Part shown: positions 25,771 to 36,059 of the stretch, piece by piece | Layout: every line of letters begins with the position of its first letter | Numbering within the stretch: the stretch's first letter is position 1 | IMG/VR virus record: IMGVR_UViG_3300032322_002907 | Source of the DNA: an uncultured virus (IMG/VR IMGVR_UViG_3300032322_002907) | Lineage: Duplodnaviria > Heunggongvirae > Uroviricota > Caudoviricetes | DNA length: 64,000 bases | Strand: one strand, 5' to 3' | Notes under the pieces: generated by a model | Database searches by the model: none | Told to the model about the DNA's origin: nothing | The model's input: the letters and a program-made list of their open reading frames with translations, nothing else | Made by a program: the position numbers and the translations under genes

Positions 25771-27891
25771 TTACAACTGAGCACAGATAGTGTTGCAAAA
25801 ACGCGACAAAAATACCCTGTTAGTTGCCCGGGAATTTACACTTTTCATAAAGGCCCGGCGAATATCACTCTTACTCGCTGAAGTATCTACATCAATACCG
25901 AGGTCGTTAACTTCCAGGTCGCGACCGCCAGGAACTACGAAGTAGACATCAAACCCCGTATTCATAACTGGGAAGAATTTTTCCTTTCGACCTTTGTTCG
26001 CCAATACTTCAATATTATCTGGCGTCCTAACACCATACAACCGATGGACCTTCTTTACATTGCTCAAAAAAGGACTACCGTCGGTGATAAAGAAGCCAAC
26101 ATAATTAGCTCCCGTGATTTTTTTAGCCAACATGAGAAGACCTTTTGTAATCTCCTCATCACCAACTGTAACTGAATGCTTCGTAACCGGATCGGTGATA
26201 TTGATCCTATAATCAAAAGAGCCTACTTGTGAGCGAAAAGAGGGCGAACCGCTTGTTGAAGATGAACATACATAGTTGGTAACTGTTTGTTGACCTTCAC
26301 CGTCGGTCAAGAACATGCAAGTTATAATTTCCAACCGATTGGAATCGCGAAAATTATTTACCACGCTGATGGACGTCGCTACAGCCTCATTCAACGGAGT
26401 TCCGTTAAGATGTTCTGTCGGAGGAACCATTCCCGTTGAGCGTTGAAACATCTCACCCAACAGCAACAGATTAAGCATTGCTTGATTATATTTCGTCCGA
26501 GACATTTTAGATGAAAGGTAACGCTTCAACCTAAAAGTGTTCTCGGCGTAAAAAATAATATTTCCTTCAGCACGCTCACCTAGTGGAACACCATTGAAAG
26601 GAAATTGAACTTGATCTTGTTGGTCTACCACCATTGAATCAGTAAACCCATAAACCTCGAAAGGAATGTTTACTTTACGGCAGAAGGTGGTTACAATAAG
26701 CAGCTGCTCAACAGTGCCTTTAAAGTTCGCCCTCATTGATCCAGACAGATCAAGAAACATAACCAGACCGTGACTTTTGCCTTGCGGAACAATCGTCACT
26801 CGGCGGAAAAGATCCTCGGTCAATTTGTATTGACCAATTTTCTTCATATCCAGTTCGCCTGATTTATTAACGCTTGCCCGAGCGAATTGTTTCGCGTTCT
26901 TGCGAAGTTCGAACTCCTTCACCATGTAATTTACATAACGCTCATTCTTTTGCAAGAACGCCTTGATTGAAACACCGAAAGTTGAAAACAAATCGTATGG
27001 TTGTTTCGCTACGTGGTTTTTGATGTTGTCATGAACCAGATCCTCATGAACAATCCGATCTTTCATATTGATCTTCGGAAAATTGACATAAGCAATCGGT
27101 TTGCACTGATCATCTACAAGATCAGATTCCTTACGACGGAAAACCTCATCGGTAACAGACTTGGGAGTATTGTCGTAATTATTTGACAACATTTTTTCAA
27201 CTTCTGCGACCTTGGCGTCTTTACCGTCGCCAACTTCCATCTCATCATCCGATTCTTCATCACCAAGATCGGACAAATCAAGATCGTCTAAAAGATCTTC
27301 GATATCCGGGTTGATATCCGTTTCAGGTTCATCATTCTTTGCATAATCATAAAGGGCTTGAGCAACCCGGACAACATCTTCCCAGGTTGTTACACCATCA
27401 ACCATATCAACGAACTTTTGCTCATGGGCAGCAAATTTTACATTGATGAGCGTGCCAAGTTTGAAGTGAAGATTGATACGGTCAATAAGTTTCAGATCAC
27501 TAATATCAGTGTATTCAGAAACGCCGAAGAATCCTCGCTCGAAAAGATTCTTGTAACCCTTGAAGAAGGAACTACGAATACCGGGAAACTTATCTTTGAT
27601 ACGCTTCTCGATCCGAGCATCTTCTACAATGTTCAGAAACGATTTAAAGTTTTTCTGATTACTTTTTGTGACAGCATTGTGCCAGCCTTCGGGCGGCGTA
27701 TACAATGCATGTCCGACCTCATGACCCATCAACAGGTCATAAAGTTCAGCAGGCATATCTTTGAGAATAGGACACACCAGCACGCGGTTCTTAACGTCAA
27801 AGTACGCAGTGTTCGCTTTCTTATGCTGGACAGAAATATTCTCCTCAGCCAAGAGCTTGGCGAGAAGTGACTTAGATTCTACAACTGACAT
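25771..27891 (-). CDS. HExxH metallopeptidase-like + vWA protein (CobT-like MoxR partner)
   Basis: HEVGH...NIVEDARIE; MIDAS DLSGS, GTPL, LTDGE. Confidence 0.88.
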   Translation of the reverse strand: MSVVESKSLLAKLLAEENISVQHKKANTAYFDVKNRVLVCPILKDMPAELYDLLMGHEVGHALYTPPEGWHNAVTKSNQKNFKSFLNIVEDARIEKRIKDKFPGIRSSFFKGYKNLFERGFFGVSEYTDISDLKLIDRINLHFKLGTLINVKFAAHEQKFVDMVDGVTTWEDVVRVAQALYDYAKNDEPETDINPDIEDLLDDLDLSDLGDEESDDEMEVGDGKDAKVAEVEKMLSNNYDNTPKSVTDEVFRRKESDLVDDQCKPIAYVNFPKINMKDRIVHEDLVHDNIKNHVAKQPYDLFSTFGVSIKAFLQKNERYVNYMVKEFELRKNAKQFARASVNKSGELDMKKIGQYKLTEDLFRRVTIVPQGKSHGLVMFLDLSGSMRANFKGTVEQLLIVTTFCRKVNIPFEVYGFTDSMVVDQQDQVQFPFNGVPLGERAEGNIIFYAENTFRLKRYLSSKMSRTKYNQAMLNLLLLGEMFQRSTGMVPPTEHLNGTPLNEAVATSISVVNNFRDSNRLEIITCMFLTDGEGQQTVTNYVCSSSTSGSPSFRSQVGSFDYRINITDPVTKHSVTVGDEEITKGLLMLAKKITGANYVGFFITDGSPFLSNVKKVHRLYGVRTPDNIEVLANKGRKEKFFPVMNTGFDVYFVVPGGRDLEVNDLGIDVDTSASKSDIRRAFMKSVNSRATNRVFLSRFCNTICAQL

Positions 27892-27916
27892 ATGATCTCC
27901 TCAATCAACACTGTCA

Positions 27917-27997
27917 ATTATACGCAGATTCTAGAACTGTACAACCGGTATTTTTAACCTGTTGTTTTTACACAACATTTTGTTGTTTTTATGCAAC
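27917..27997 (-). promoter_or_regulatory. sigma70-type promoter with two upstream GTTG-N8-CAAC boxes
   Basis: TTGTAC-16nt-TATAAT; boxes at 27961-27976 and 27982-27997. Confidence 0.7.
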
Positions 27998-28498
27998 ACC
28001 GTAGGATTTCTTACGTTTTTTAACGGCAACTGCCCATTTTAAAGGAGAAACATGGTCTTTTATAGTGACTCCTTGCATATGATCATACTCATGCAAAAAG
28101 ATTCTTGCAGTGAGTCCCCCTAATGTCCTTTCCTGTTTCTCACCCTTTGCATTGTAAAATTCTACCGTGATTTCCTCAGGCCTTTTGATTTTTATTTGCA
28201 CGCCAATGTAGGACAAGCATCCTTCATTGTAGTCACACTCACCTGTTGAAGAAATAATTTTAGGATTGAAAACATCAAGACGAAAGTCATCGACACCAAT
28301 GACAAAGACAGACGCATCGATACCAACTTGATTCGCTGACAATCCGACACCTTTGAATTCTTTCATCTTTTGATGAAGCACATTAGCAAACAATTCAGCT
28401 GTCTCCCCATGTTGTTCAAAGTCATAGGGTTTCGGTGCCTTATGTAGAAAAGGATCACTGTCAGGAATTAGTTTTAATTCAGATCGTTTTACAATCAT
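27989..28498 (-). CDS. def: peptide deformylase
   Basis: GVGLSANQVG, EGCLS, HEYDH; start reassigned to MIVKRS. Confidence 0.93.
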   Translation of the reverse strand: MIVKRSELKLIPDSDPFLHKAPKPYDFEQHGETAELFANVLHQKMKEFKGVGLSANQVGIDASVFVIGVDDFRLDVFNPKIISSTGECDYNEGCLSYIGVQIKIKRPEEITVEFYNAKGEKQERTLGGLTARIFLHEYDHMQGVTIKDHVSPLKWAVAVKKRKKSYGVA

Positions 28499-28499
28499 A

Positions 28500-30212
28500 T
28501 CACAATATCCTACTAAAATTTTGATGTTTCTCAACACGGATAACGTTTTTAAACTTATCAAGCATCTGGTCACCCTTATGACTAATAACAAAGACATGCG
28601 TATCAGTGTCAAGGGTATCAAGAAGGTTCATCACATAATCCGTTCCGTTCGCATCTAAACTACTATCAAAAACTTCATCAAGAAGTAACAGGTTTGTACT
28701 TACGCTATTTTTCATCTTTGCGATTGCTCGCCACGTAAACAACAATGCAAGATCGATTCTTTGCTTTTCACCTTCTGAAAACGATGCATAACTAAAATCA
28801 TCTCGATGCCGCGACTTGATACTTTCATTGAATGCATCATCTAGTTCAAAGGATACAAAGAAATCCATTGCAGAGAGATATTTATTCACCAGCTTATTGA
28901 TTACAGGAATATACTGTCGAATGATTTTCGTCTTAATACCTGTGTCCTTCAACAATGTGCCTGCTGCCTCAAGATAAAAATATGTCTCGGTAATCTTTGT
29001 CTTGTTTTCTGACACATCAAGAATCTTCTTCGCAATAGATTTTAGTTCCTCTTTTGCGCTATCAAGTTCGGTTGTATCAATCTTATCCTTATCATTATCA
29101 TCAGACATCTTTTTAATTAACGCTTGCTTCGTTATAATATCTGAGTTCAGTTCAATTAGTTGCATCTGATAGGTAGAGATGTTTTCCTTCACCTTAGTAA
29201 TCTGATCTATTTTTTCTTCAATGCTAGTTATCTTTGATGACAATGTTTCGATTGCTGTTTGTACTTCTTCTATCTTATGTGCATGTTTTTCTATTGCCTG
29301 ATGCTTTAAATCCTCTGAAATGTTTTGCATACAGGTAGGACACTCATCATGATTTTCATAAAAGTCAATGTTTGTCCTAGAATTTTTTATACGTTCAGAA
29401 AGACTTTTAAGCAATGTTGACCATTCAGCACGCTTCGTGACCAATGCCTTTTCATCGAGCAAAGAGGATTGCAATTCAGATATGTTTGATTGAATCGTTG
29501 AAACAGTCGAAGATGCATTTGCAATGTCTCTTTGTGTTCTTTCAATTTCTTGTTGGTTGTCTTGCGCTCGCTTTTCAATATCCTTTTCCAACTTTGCAAT
29601 AAAATCTTTTTGCAATTTTACTGCTTGCTTTCCTACAGCGATTTCGTTTTCCAATTGAGACAATTCTGTTTTGGTCGTAGTCAATCGATTCTTGAGAATG
29701 CTATTCATCGTAGTGAATATTTGAATATCAAGAATATCTTCAATAACCTCTCGACGATGACCTTGAGGAAGTTGCATGAAGGGAGTAAACGATGCCGAAC
29801 CCAAAATAACTATTTGTGTAAATGACTTATAATTTAACTTAAGAATCTTTTCTTCAAGGTGTGTTTGATAATCTCTTGAAGCTGCATCCTGTGATAGCAA
29901 TTCATTGTCAACATAAATTTCTAACACCGTGGGTTTGATACCGCGCACTACACGATACTCACGTTTGCCGATGTTAAAGAAAACCTCAACAACACAATTC
30001 TTTTGATTGATTGAATTCACTAGCTGAGGTTTATTGATATTACGAAAGGCCTTTCCAAACAAACCAAAACAAAGAGCATCAAGAATCGTACTTTTACCTG
30101 CGCCGTTCTCACCAATGATAAGAGTAGTTTGATGCTCTACAAAGTTTATTTCTGTAAATTGATTACCTGTCGATAAAAAATTTCTCCACTTGATTTTTTG
30201 AAAATTGATCAT
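28500..30212 (-). CDS. 46: recombination ATPase gp46 (Rad50-like)
   Basis: GENGAGKS, CPTC hook, FSEGE, LLDE. Confidence 0.96.
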   Translation of the reverse strand: MINFQKIKWRNFLSTGNQFTEINFVEHQTTLIIGENGAGKSTILDALCFGLFGKAFRNINKPQLVNSINQKNCVVEVFFNIGKREYRVVRGIKPTVLEIYVDNELLSQDAASRDYQTHLEEKILKLNYKSFTQIVILGSASFTPFMQLPQGHRREVIEDILDIQIFTTMNSILKNRLTTTKTELSQLENEIAVGKQAVKLQKDFIAKLEKDIEKRAQDNQQEIERTQRDIANASSTVSTIQSNISELQSSLLDEKALVTKRAEWSTLLKSLSERIKNSRTNIDFYENHDECPTCMQNISEDLKHQAIEKHAHKIEEVQTAIETLSSKITSIEEKIDQITKVKENISTYQMQLIELNSDIITKQALIKKMSDDNDKDKIDTTELDSAKEELKSIAKKILDVSENKTKITETYFYLEAAGTLLKDTGIKTKIIRQYIPVINKLVNKYLSAMDFFVSFELDDAFNESIKSRHRDDFSYASFSEGEKQRIDLALLFTWRAIAKMKNSVSTNLLLLDEVFDSSLDANGTDYVMNLLDTLDTDTHVFVISHKGDQMLDKFKNVIRVEKHQNFSRIL

Positions 30213-31249
30213 TTTTCCTCTGCATAGTCATGTGCCTCTATATACAGTTCCTTGAGAATATTCTTAAGGCGACTTTTATCTGCATCTGTTTCTATTGCAT
30301 CAACATATTCTGATAACAATGACATTGTATCTTCAATGTTTATACTGTCATCGTCTACCTGATTTTCAAAATCAGACATATCCTCGATGATTTTCACTTC
30401 CGCAGGATTCTTATTATACAATGAGTCAACAACAGAATCAAATTGAGAAAAATTCTTTTTTGTAACAACAACTAGTTTTACATACTTGTCTGTCACGTTT
30501 GAATCAAACTCAACCTTTCCTGATGAATCATCATAATACAATTTGACAAACATCGGATCATTGTTCTGTATGAACTCAAGATCGTTTGTTATGGTGTCCC
30601 AAATGTAAAAACCTTTTGGATCCTTGTAATCATTCCAAAACAGCTCATAGGGTGTTCCCAAATACATGATGTTGCCTTTGTTTGACTTTGTATGGAAATG
30701 CCCACTAAACACTTGTTTGTATTTCGCAAGCACAGAAGGATCCATACCTTCATGATTTTCGATACCCTTTGACATTTCGAAACCTTTTAGTTCAAAATGC
30801 CCAAAACAATATGGTCGAGTTGACTTGTCAATGAACTCATGAATCTGTTTTTCATTATCCTTACACAACCAAGGAATCACATCTGCATTATCTAAAACGA
30901 CAGGTTCTTGAATGATATGAATATTTTTATACGCTTCAAGAAGCAACGTCGGGGAGTTTACATCTAACTTCTCACGCCAAAAAATATCATGATTGCCGAG
31001 AAGGGAATACATTACGTATCCCTGTCGTTCAATTACATCAAAAAAATATCTTTTGCTTTGTTCAAGTGTATAAAAATTAATGTACTTTCTTCTATCGAAC
31101 AAATCACCTAACTGAATGATTTGATCTACACCTCTCTCTTTTAGTGCAGGGAAAAACACTTCGGTGTAGAAATTTTCCATGTACTTATGAAAAATTTTAC
31201 TATCATTTCTAACACCGAAGTGTGTATCACCTAAAAGACAAATTTTCAT
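30209..31249 (-). CDS. 47: recombination nuclease gp47 (Mre11-like)
   Basis: GDTHFG, GDLFD, GNHD, GHFH. Confidence 0.95.
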   Translation of the reverse strand: MKICLLGDTHFGVRNDSKIFHKYMENFYTEVFFPALKERGVDQIIQLGDLFDRRKYINFYTLEQSKRYFFDVIERQGYVMYSLLGNHDIFWREKLDVNSPTLLLEAYKNIHIIQEPVVLDNADVIPWLCKDNEKQIHEFIDKSTRPYCFGHFELKGFEMSKGIENHEGMDPSVLAKYKQVFSGHFHTKSNKGNIMYLGTPYELFWNDYKDPKGFYIWDTITNDLEFIQNNDPMFVKLYYDDSSGKVEFDSNVTDKYVKLVVVTKKNFSQFDSVVDSLYNKNPAEVKIIEDMSDFENQVDDDSINIEDTMSLLSEYVDAIETDADKSRLKNILKELYIEAHDYAEEK

Positions 31250-31288
31250 ACCGCATGCTTTGCGCTGTTCAAGTTCATAGTGTCTCCT

Positions 31289-31756
31289 TTAGTTTTCGTT
31301 TATCCACATAGCCGAGTTGGCTGGGGTTTCCATAACTTTGACAAGTCGCAATTTAACACGACCATCAGAGTATCCGTTTTCAGGCATCCAAATTTCCTGA
31401 ATGTAATCTGCCAGAAATTTAGAAAGGCCTTCACAACCTGTGCGTTCTACAACAACCATCTTACATAGTTTCTTTTCGTGCAACATTTCGAATGTTTCAA
31501 ACTCAGGATCATCTTCTGCAACCAACAAAGTATGATCAAACCATTCGTCAAGTTTTTCTTTGAGAGATTTATATCCTCCAAAGTCAACACACCAATTGCG
31601 ACGGTCAAGTTTGTCCTCATCGCATTCGAATTCAAAGTGAAAAGCAAGTGCATAACCATGAATAAGATTGCAATGTGAATCAGCACGCCATTGACGATAT
31701 GCTACAGCGTATCCTCTCTCATGTCCATATGTTTTAGTTGAAATAAATTTTCCCAT
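31289..31756 (-). CDS. queD: 6-carboxytetrahydropterin synthase
   Basis: HCNLIHGY, VDFG, FDH, E motifs; Que context. Confidence 0.88.
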   Translation of the reverse strand: MGKFISTKTYGHERGYAVAYRQWRADSHCNLIHGYALAFHFEFECDEDKLDRRNWCVDFGGYKSLKEKLDEWFDHTLLVAEDDPEFETFEMLHEKKLCKMVVVERTGCEGLSKFLADYIQEIWMPENGYSDGRVKLRLVKVMETPANSAMWINEN

Positions 31757-32374
31757 TCAATCACCTATGTAGTAAGGGTTCTCAAGAGTAATAAATTTGC
31801 TAACTGCAAACAAAGATGAAAAATTAAAATCCATATGATGTAAAGTATTCGGGGGTGTACTATGAGAACCCTTGAAGGGTGTCGATGATATATTAAGTGC
31901 AGCATCATAAAACATGGGTGAAATTTCATTTCGAAAAAGATACAAGTGTTCGTGGTCATAAAGTAGACAAGAAAATGTCCCATCAAGGTTGTTTAAGTTA
32001 TCCCTATTTTGTGTAATTGTCTTTAACATTAAAAAAGTATCCCACTCACACACTTCTTCTAATTCTTTTTTTAGCTTTTGAATATATGTTTGTTTTAAGA
32101 TACCATTATGCCACAAATACCGACCATCATACTGTGCAGGATGTATTGATGAAGTCTCTTGTGTCGTAGGTGCTTGTGAGTGGATGATAATATAAACAAG
32201 AGGTGATTGTTCAACATTATCAAAATTGATAGCACCCTCATATCTGTTGACGGTTAGTTTACCTGTTACAACATCATAATAACTAATTGAGTGAGCGTAA
32301 TCACCCCTTTGAACATTATGTTTATATAAGTCGATCAATTTCTCTTTTTTAAACGACCCGATAATGCTACACAT
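31757..32374 (-). CDS. class II (Ntn) glutamine amidotransferase-like protein
   Basis: N-terminal MCSIIG, HP, WHNG, DGTFS. Confidence 0.75.
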   Translation of the reverse strand: MCSIIGSFKKEKLIDLYKHNVQRGDYAHSISYYDVVTGKLTVNRYEGAINFDNVEQSPLVYIIIHSQAPTTQETSSIHPAQYDGRYLWHNGILKQTYIQKLKKELEEVCEWDTFLMLKTITQNRDNLNNLDGTFSCLLYDHEHLYLFRNEISPMFYDAALNISSTPFKGSHSTPPNTLHHMDFNFSSLFAVSKFITLENPYYIGD

Positions 32375-33119
32375 TTAGAAGTTTACTCCATGGAATGTTT
32401 GCTGAGTAAGGAATGGGGTCAACAAGACCTGCCTTTGCAAAGTTTGCAATTCTCTCAGAACATGATGGGCACTTTCCGCATGAATGTCCTTTATCATCAG
32501 GATTATAACATGTAAGCGTGTTTGCCAACAAGTCAACATTACCATCAAGATGTTGCAAAACTTTAATTTCATCAAATTTGCTTAATCCTGCGAAAGGTGC
32601 AATAACTTTGATCTTGATGATTCTGTTTTCAGAAAGAACATCATTTACTTTACTTACGAACCTTGCAGTCGTATCATGATACCCATACTCATCGTGAATT
32701 TGTAAACCCATAACGATGGTATCAAAACCTTCAACTTCAGCAAAAGCTGCTGCTACTGACATGAGAATCATATTACGATTCGGGACATAAGTTTTCGGGC
32801 GAGGATCACCTAACACATCCTTAATCGTAGGCATATTAATATCAGTGTCTACATTTGCAGAGAAACCTTTACTAATTTCTCCCAATACAGACAAGTCAAA
32901 TACTTTGTGCTTAACTCCAAGATGTTTTGTTGTAAACTTTGCCTTTTCAATTTCAATAGATTGTCTTTGACCATAAAAGTATGTAAGAGCCCTTACATTA
33001 TCTTTGCCATATTTTTCTATACACAACCTCAAAGAAATCGTACTATCCATACCGCCCGATAAAATAACTATTGCACCTTTAGTATCGGGTAACTTAGCTA
33101 GAATATCTTCAATCATCAT
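32367..33119 (-). CDS. queC: preQ0 synthase
   Basis: SGGMDS, YVPNRN, TCY...CGKCPSC. Confidence 0.93.
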   Translation of the reverse strand: MMIEDILAKLPDTKGAIVILSGGMDSTISLRLCIEKYGKDNVRALTYFYGQRQSIEIEKAKFTTKHLGVKHKVFDLSVLGEISKGFSANVDTDINMPTIKDVLGDPRPKTYVPNRNMILMSVAAAFAEVEGFDTIVMGLQIHDEYGYHDTTARFVSKVNDVLSENRIIKIKVIAPFAGLSKFDEIKVLQHLDGNVDLLANTLTCYNPDDKGHSCGKCPSCSERIANFAKAGLVDPIPYSANIPWSKLLNV

Positions 33120-34048
33120 TGCCTCATGGTTTTGTTCACTAGACATTTCGTTTCCATTAGAATCATTGACTCTGCATTTAGAATAAGTTCACTTGATGCA
33201 CGAATCGGGTTTATGTCAATACCCCCTCGCCTTGTATAAAGACAAGCAACAAACAACTCATCAGGTTGCAGTATATCATAAAGTCGTTTGTAAATACATT
33301 CACAAATTTCTTCATGAAAGTGATTTTCTTTTCGCATTGAGACAATATATTGCAAAAATGATTGTGGGGTTATCGTTTTTTCCCCTCTGATATAGACGAA
33401 AACATCCCCCCAATCTGGTTGATTAGTAACCCGACAATTTGAACGAAGAGCAGAGGTATGATAGCGAGTATCGCTAAGAGCGTGTGCACTAACAACTTCC
33501 AGCAAAGAAGGATCTTCATTGTATGCATTAAAATCAGTTTTAGTTACATCAATGGTTTCATCAACAAACCAAAAATAGTTTGATAGGGGTTGTGAATTAT
33601 ACATGAAAACTTGTTTTTGACGATGGAAGGTCGCGCTTACCTTACATTGCAAAAGTTTTGATAAATCAGATTCAACTTTTTGCTTAATAATGATTCCTGC
33701 CATGTCAACAGAATCACAAAGTTTTACCATATTAAAAGAATTCAAATATAGCTTCAATGATTTGGATTCAACGATATATTTTGAATTCGCAGGATAGAAA
33801 ATTTTCAGCGTTCCTGAGAGAGGGAACCCACTTGTAAGCAATGTTGAAAACTCATAACAATTCCAAACATCACCCCCAACAAAAGGCAAATGAGCATCGT
33901 CGATGTTGTATTGTGTTCTATTTAGTTGGCGAGGAACAGCAACAAGAAGCGCTGGGTCAATTTCATCTGGTGTTACATAAGGTTTTACAACTGACCCATC
34001 ACCTGCTTTTCCTAAGTGTACGGATGCGATTTCTTCGATTGTATTCAT
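33116..34048 (-). CDS. queF: NADPH-dependent preQ0 reductase, bimodular type
   Basis: IVESKSLKLYLNSF, SNCRVTNQPDWG, FHEE, YTRRGGIDINP. Confidence 0.92.
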   Translation of the reverse strand: MNTIEEIASVHLGKAGDGSVVKPYVTPDEIDPALLVAVPRQLNRTQYNIDDAHLPFVGGDVWNCYEFSTLLTSGFPLSGTLKIFYPANSKYIVESKSLKLYLNSFNMVKLCDSVDMAGIIIKQKVESDLSKLLQCKVSATFHRQKQVFMYNSQPLSNYFWFVDETIDVTKTDFNAYNEDPSLLEVVSAHALSDTRYHTSALRSNCRVTNQPDWGDVFVYIRGEKTITPQSFLQYIVSMRKENHFHEEICECIYKRLYDILQPDELFVACLYTRRGGIDINPIRASSELILNAESMILMETKCLVNKTMRQ

Positions 34049-35364
34049 TGAAAAAGGTCCTCAAGAGATCCATGATTTTCTTCACGGACAATTCGTTTAC
34101 TTTTTATGTTTGACTTTGCAGCATTCAACCAAGACAACATAGTTATATCATCACGTATATTTAGCAGTTTGTCGATATGTTGATTGCCTGAAGTTGTCTC
34201 GACTAAAACTTTATCGATACAAGATACAAAATTATCAATTTGAAAATATGTATGCATAGCTTTTGACAAGTATGCAATAATTAGTTTTTCATCTGATAAG
34301 TTAGCTGCACTTTCTTTAACTGTTGAATATTTCCAATCACGAATTCCATCACCCAAAATAATATCAAGATACTCATCCTCACTGACCTTAGGCGAAAGGT
34401 AATTGTAAAAGAGGTTGTAGACATTCCTAAAGTGTGCTTCACCTTTTGGTGTTCGAACACTACCCAACGGTCGGCATGTTCCATTGACTTTCAATAACCC
34501 ATAATCAAAGGTAGATGTGTGGGAAGAACTGTCATATGATACTTTTTCAAATGTATCTAGGTAACCTGACTTATTCAAATAAAGAATTGGACGCATACGT
34601 GAGATACTACCCACACCCAAGATGTGCAAATGCTTTTTGATGTTATCATGGCAAATCATTGAAATGTGTTTAGCACCTCGCAACATTTCAATCGATTCAA
34701 GTTCACCATTACCCATGCAAGTATCGGCTATCGCCATACCACTAATAAAGTCATAATCTTCGTGTTCAAGTTCATTAACAATCATGTTAAAAAAGGTAAT
34801 CATATCCTGATATGTGTTACCTTGAATAATAGGAATGACTTTGGTTTTTGCACCCAATGATTTAAATGCTTCGATCTGTTCCTTAATATTCTTACCTGTC
34901 AATGTGCCTTTCTCTGCATGTTCGGATGACTTGAAAATTTTATTTCCGACATTCGATCTTTCGTTACGTGTGCGCGTGATACTGAAAGAACCCAGTGCAA
35001 TCTCATCAAAACACATTGCATAATCGGCTGCAGTTTGTGTCTTATAAATTTGTTGCTTGATTTCAGGTGTGATCTTTTTACCTGCAGTAACGATTTGCAA
35101 CCCGCCTGAGTCGGCATACAGTTTTTTTGCCCCGAGATTGTTTAGAACGGCAAATCGTTCTGTAAATCCAGATTCGGTGTAACCATTAAACAAAGTAGCA
35201 ATAGTTGGGTTTGTATTCTTTGCCTTTCTTTGTACACTTTCGTTTAAACATTTCATCAATTCAAGCAAACTTGATTTCCACGCTTCTCGGTGGTTATCAT
35301 AAACTTGATTGGTAAAAACACCCATCATACCACAGGCGCTTATTACATACTCGAGGTTAATCAT
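34045..35364 (-). CDS. dpdA: TGT-fold DNA base-exchange transglycosylase (DpdA/DpdA2-like)
   Basis: ADSGGLQ, FDEI, PIIQG, HILG, SYDSSS; embedded in Que cluster. Confidence 0.8.
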   Translation of the reverse strand: MINLEYVISACGMMGVFTNQVYDNHREAWKSSLLELMKCLNESVQRKAKNTNPTIATLFNGYTESGFTERFAVLNNLGAKKLYADSGGLQIVTAGKKITPEIKQQIYKTQTAADYAMCFDEIALGSFSITRTRNERSNVGNKIFKSSEHAEKGTLTGKNIKEQIEAFKSLGAKTKVIPIIQGNTYQDMITFFNMIVNELEHEDYDFISGMAIADTCMGNGELESIEMLRGAKHISMICHDNIKKHLHILGVGSISRMRPILYLNKSGYLDTFEKVSYDSSSHTSTFDYGLLKVNGTCRPLGSVRTPKGEAHFRNVYNLFYNYLSPKVSEDEYLDIILGDGIRDWKYSTVKESAANLSDEKLIIAYLSKAMHTYFQIDNFVSCIDKVLVETTSGNQHIDKLLNIRDDITMLSWLNAAKSNIKSKRIVREENHGSLEDLFQ

Positions 35365-36035
35365 CGCTTGTTTACCAAGTTCATGAACTCAGCACGCACT
35401 GCTTGATCTGATTTGAATTCGCCACCCAGCTTACTAGTAATTGTTGATGAACCAACATCTTCTACGCCGCGTGATTTGACACAATAATGTTGAGCATCAA
35501 TAAGAACAGCAATGTCATCAGTGCCTAGAATATATTGCAAGGCATGATAAATTTGTTCAGTCAATCGTTCTTGAATTTGTGGGCGTTTACTAAAGTATTC
35601 AACCACACGATTGATTTTACTCAATCCCAATACTTTCTCTTTTGGAATATATGCAACGGTTGCCTTTCCGTCGATAACTACAAAGTGATGTTCACAGTTT
35701 GATTGCACATTGATATTACGCTCGATAACCATCTCATCATACTTCATCTTATTATCGACCGTTGTACATTTAGGAAATGCTTCAGGATCAAGACCCCAAA
35801 AGATTTCGTTGACAAACATCTTTGCTACACGATTTGGAGTCTCTTTCAAACTATCATCCTTCAGATCAAGACCCATTACTAACATGATATATTCAAAGTG
35901 TTTTTGAATTTCTGTAATCTTTTCCTTATGTGTCAAAGGATTCGACCACATGGGAGTCTGAACTCCACATTTGATTAGATGTTCGTGAATTTGTTGACCC
36001 AACTCAGGATCGGTTTTTGTTTTATTGAATGACAT
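35361..36035 (-). CDS. folE: GTP cyclohydrolase I
   Basis: ETPNRVAK, CEHH, GLSK, QIQERLT, HYCVKSRG. Confidence 0.96.
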   Translation of the reverse strand: MSFNKTKTDPELGQQIHEHLIKCGVQTPMWSNPLTHKEKITEIQKHFEYIMLVMGLDLKDDSLKETPNRVAKMFVNEIFWGLDPEAFPKCTTVDNKMKYDEMVIERNINVQSNCEHHFVVIDGKATVAYIPKEKVLGLSKINRVVEYFSKRPQIQERLTEQIYHALQYILGTDDIAVLIDAQHYCVKSRGVEDVGSSTITSKLGGEFKSDQAVRAEFMNLVNKR

Positions 36036-36059
36036 ATTATCCTTCCTTACGCGGATAGT

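Noticed and set aside
24524..27870. Long plus-strand ORFs (24524-25066, 27358-27870) and similar antisense ORFs elsewhere
   Set aside because: Shadow frames opposite well-supported genes, with no motifs.
34045..35364. Ordinary queuosine tRNA-guanine transglycosylase (tgt)
   Set aside because: Lacks the CxCxxC zinc motif of bacterial Tgt; sequence and context fit phage DpdA better.
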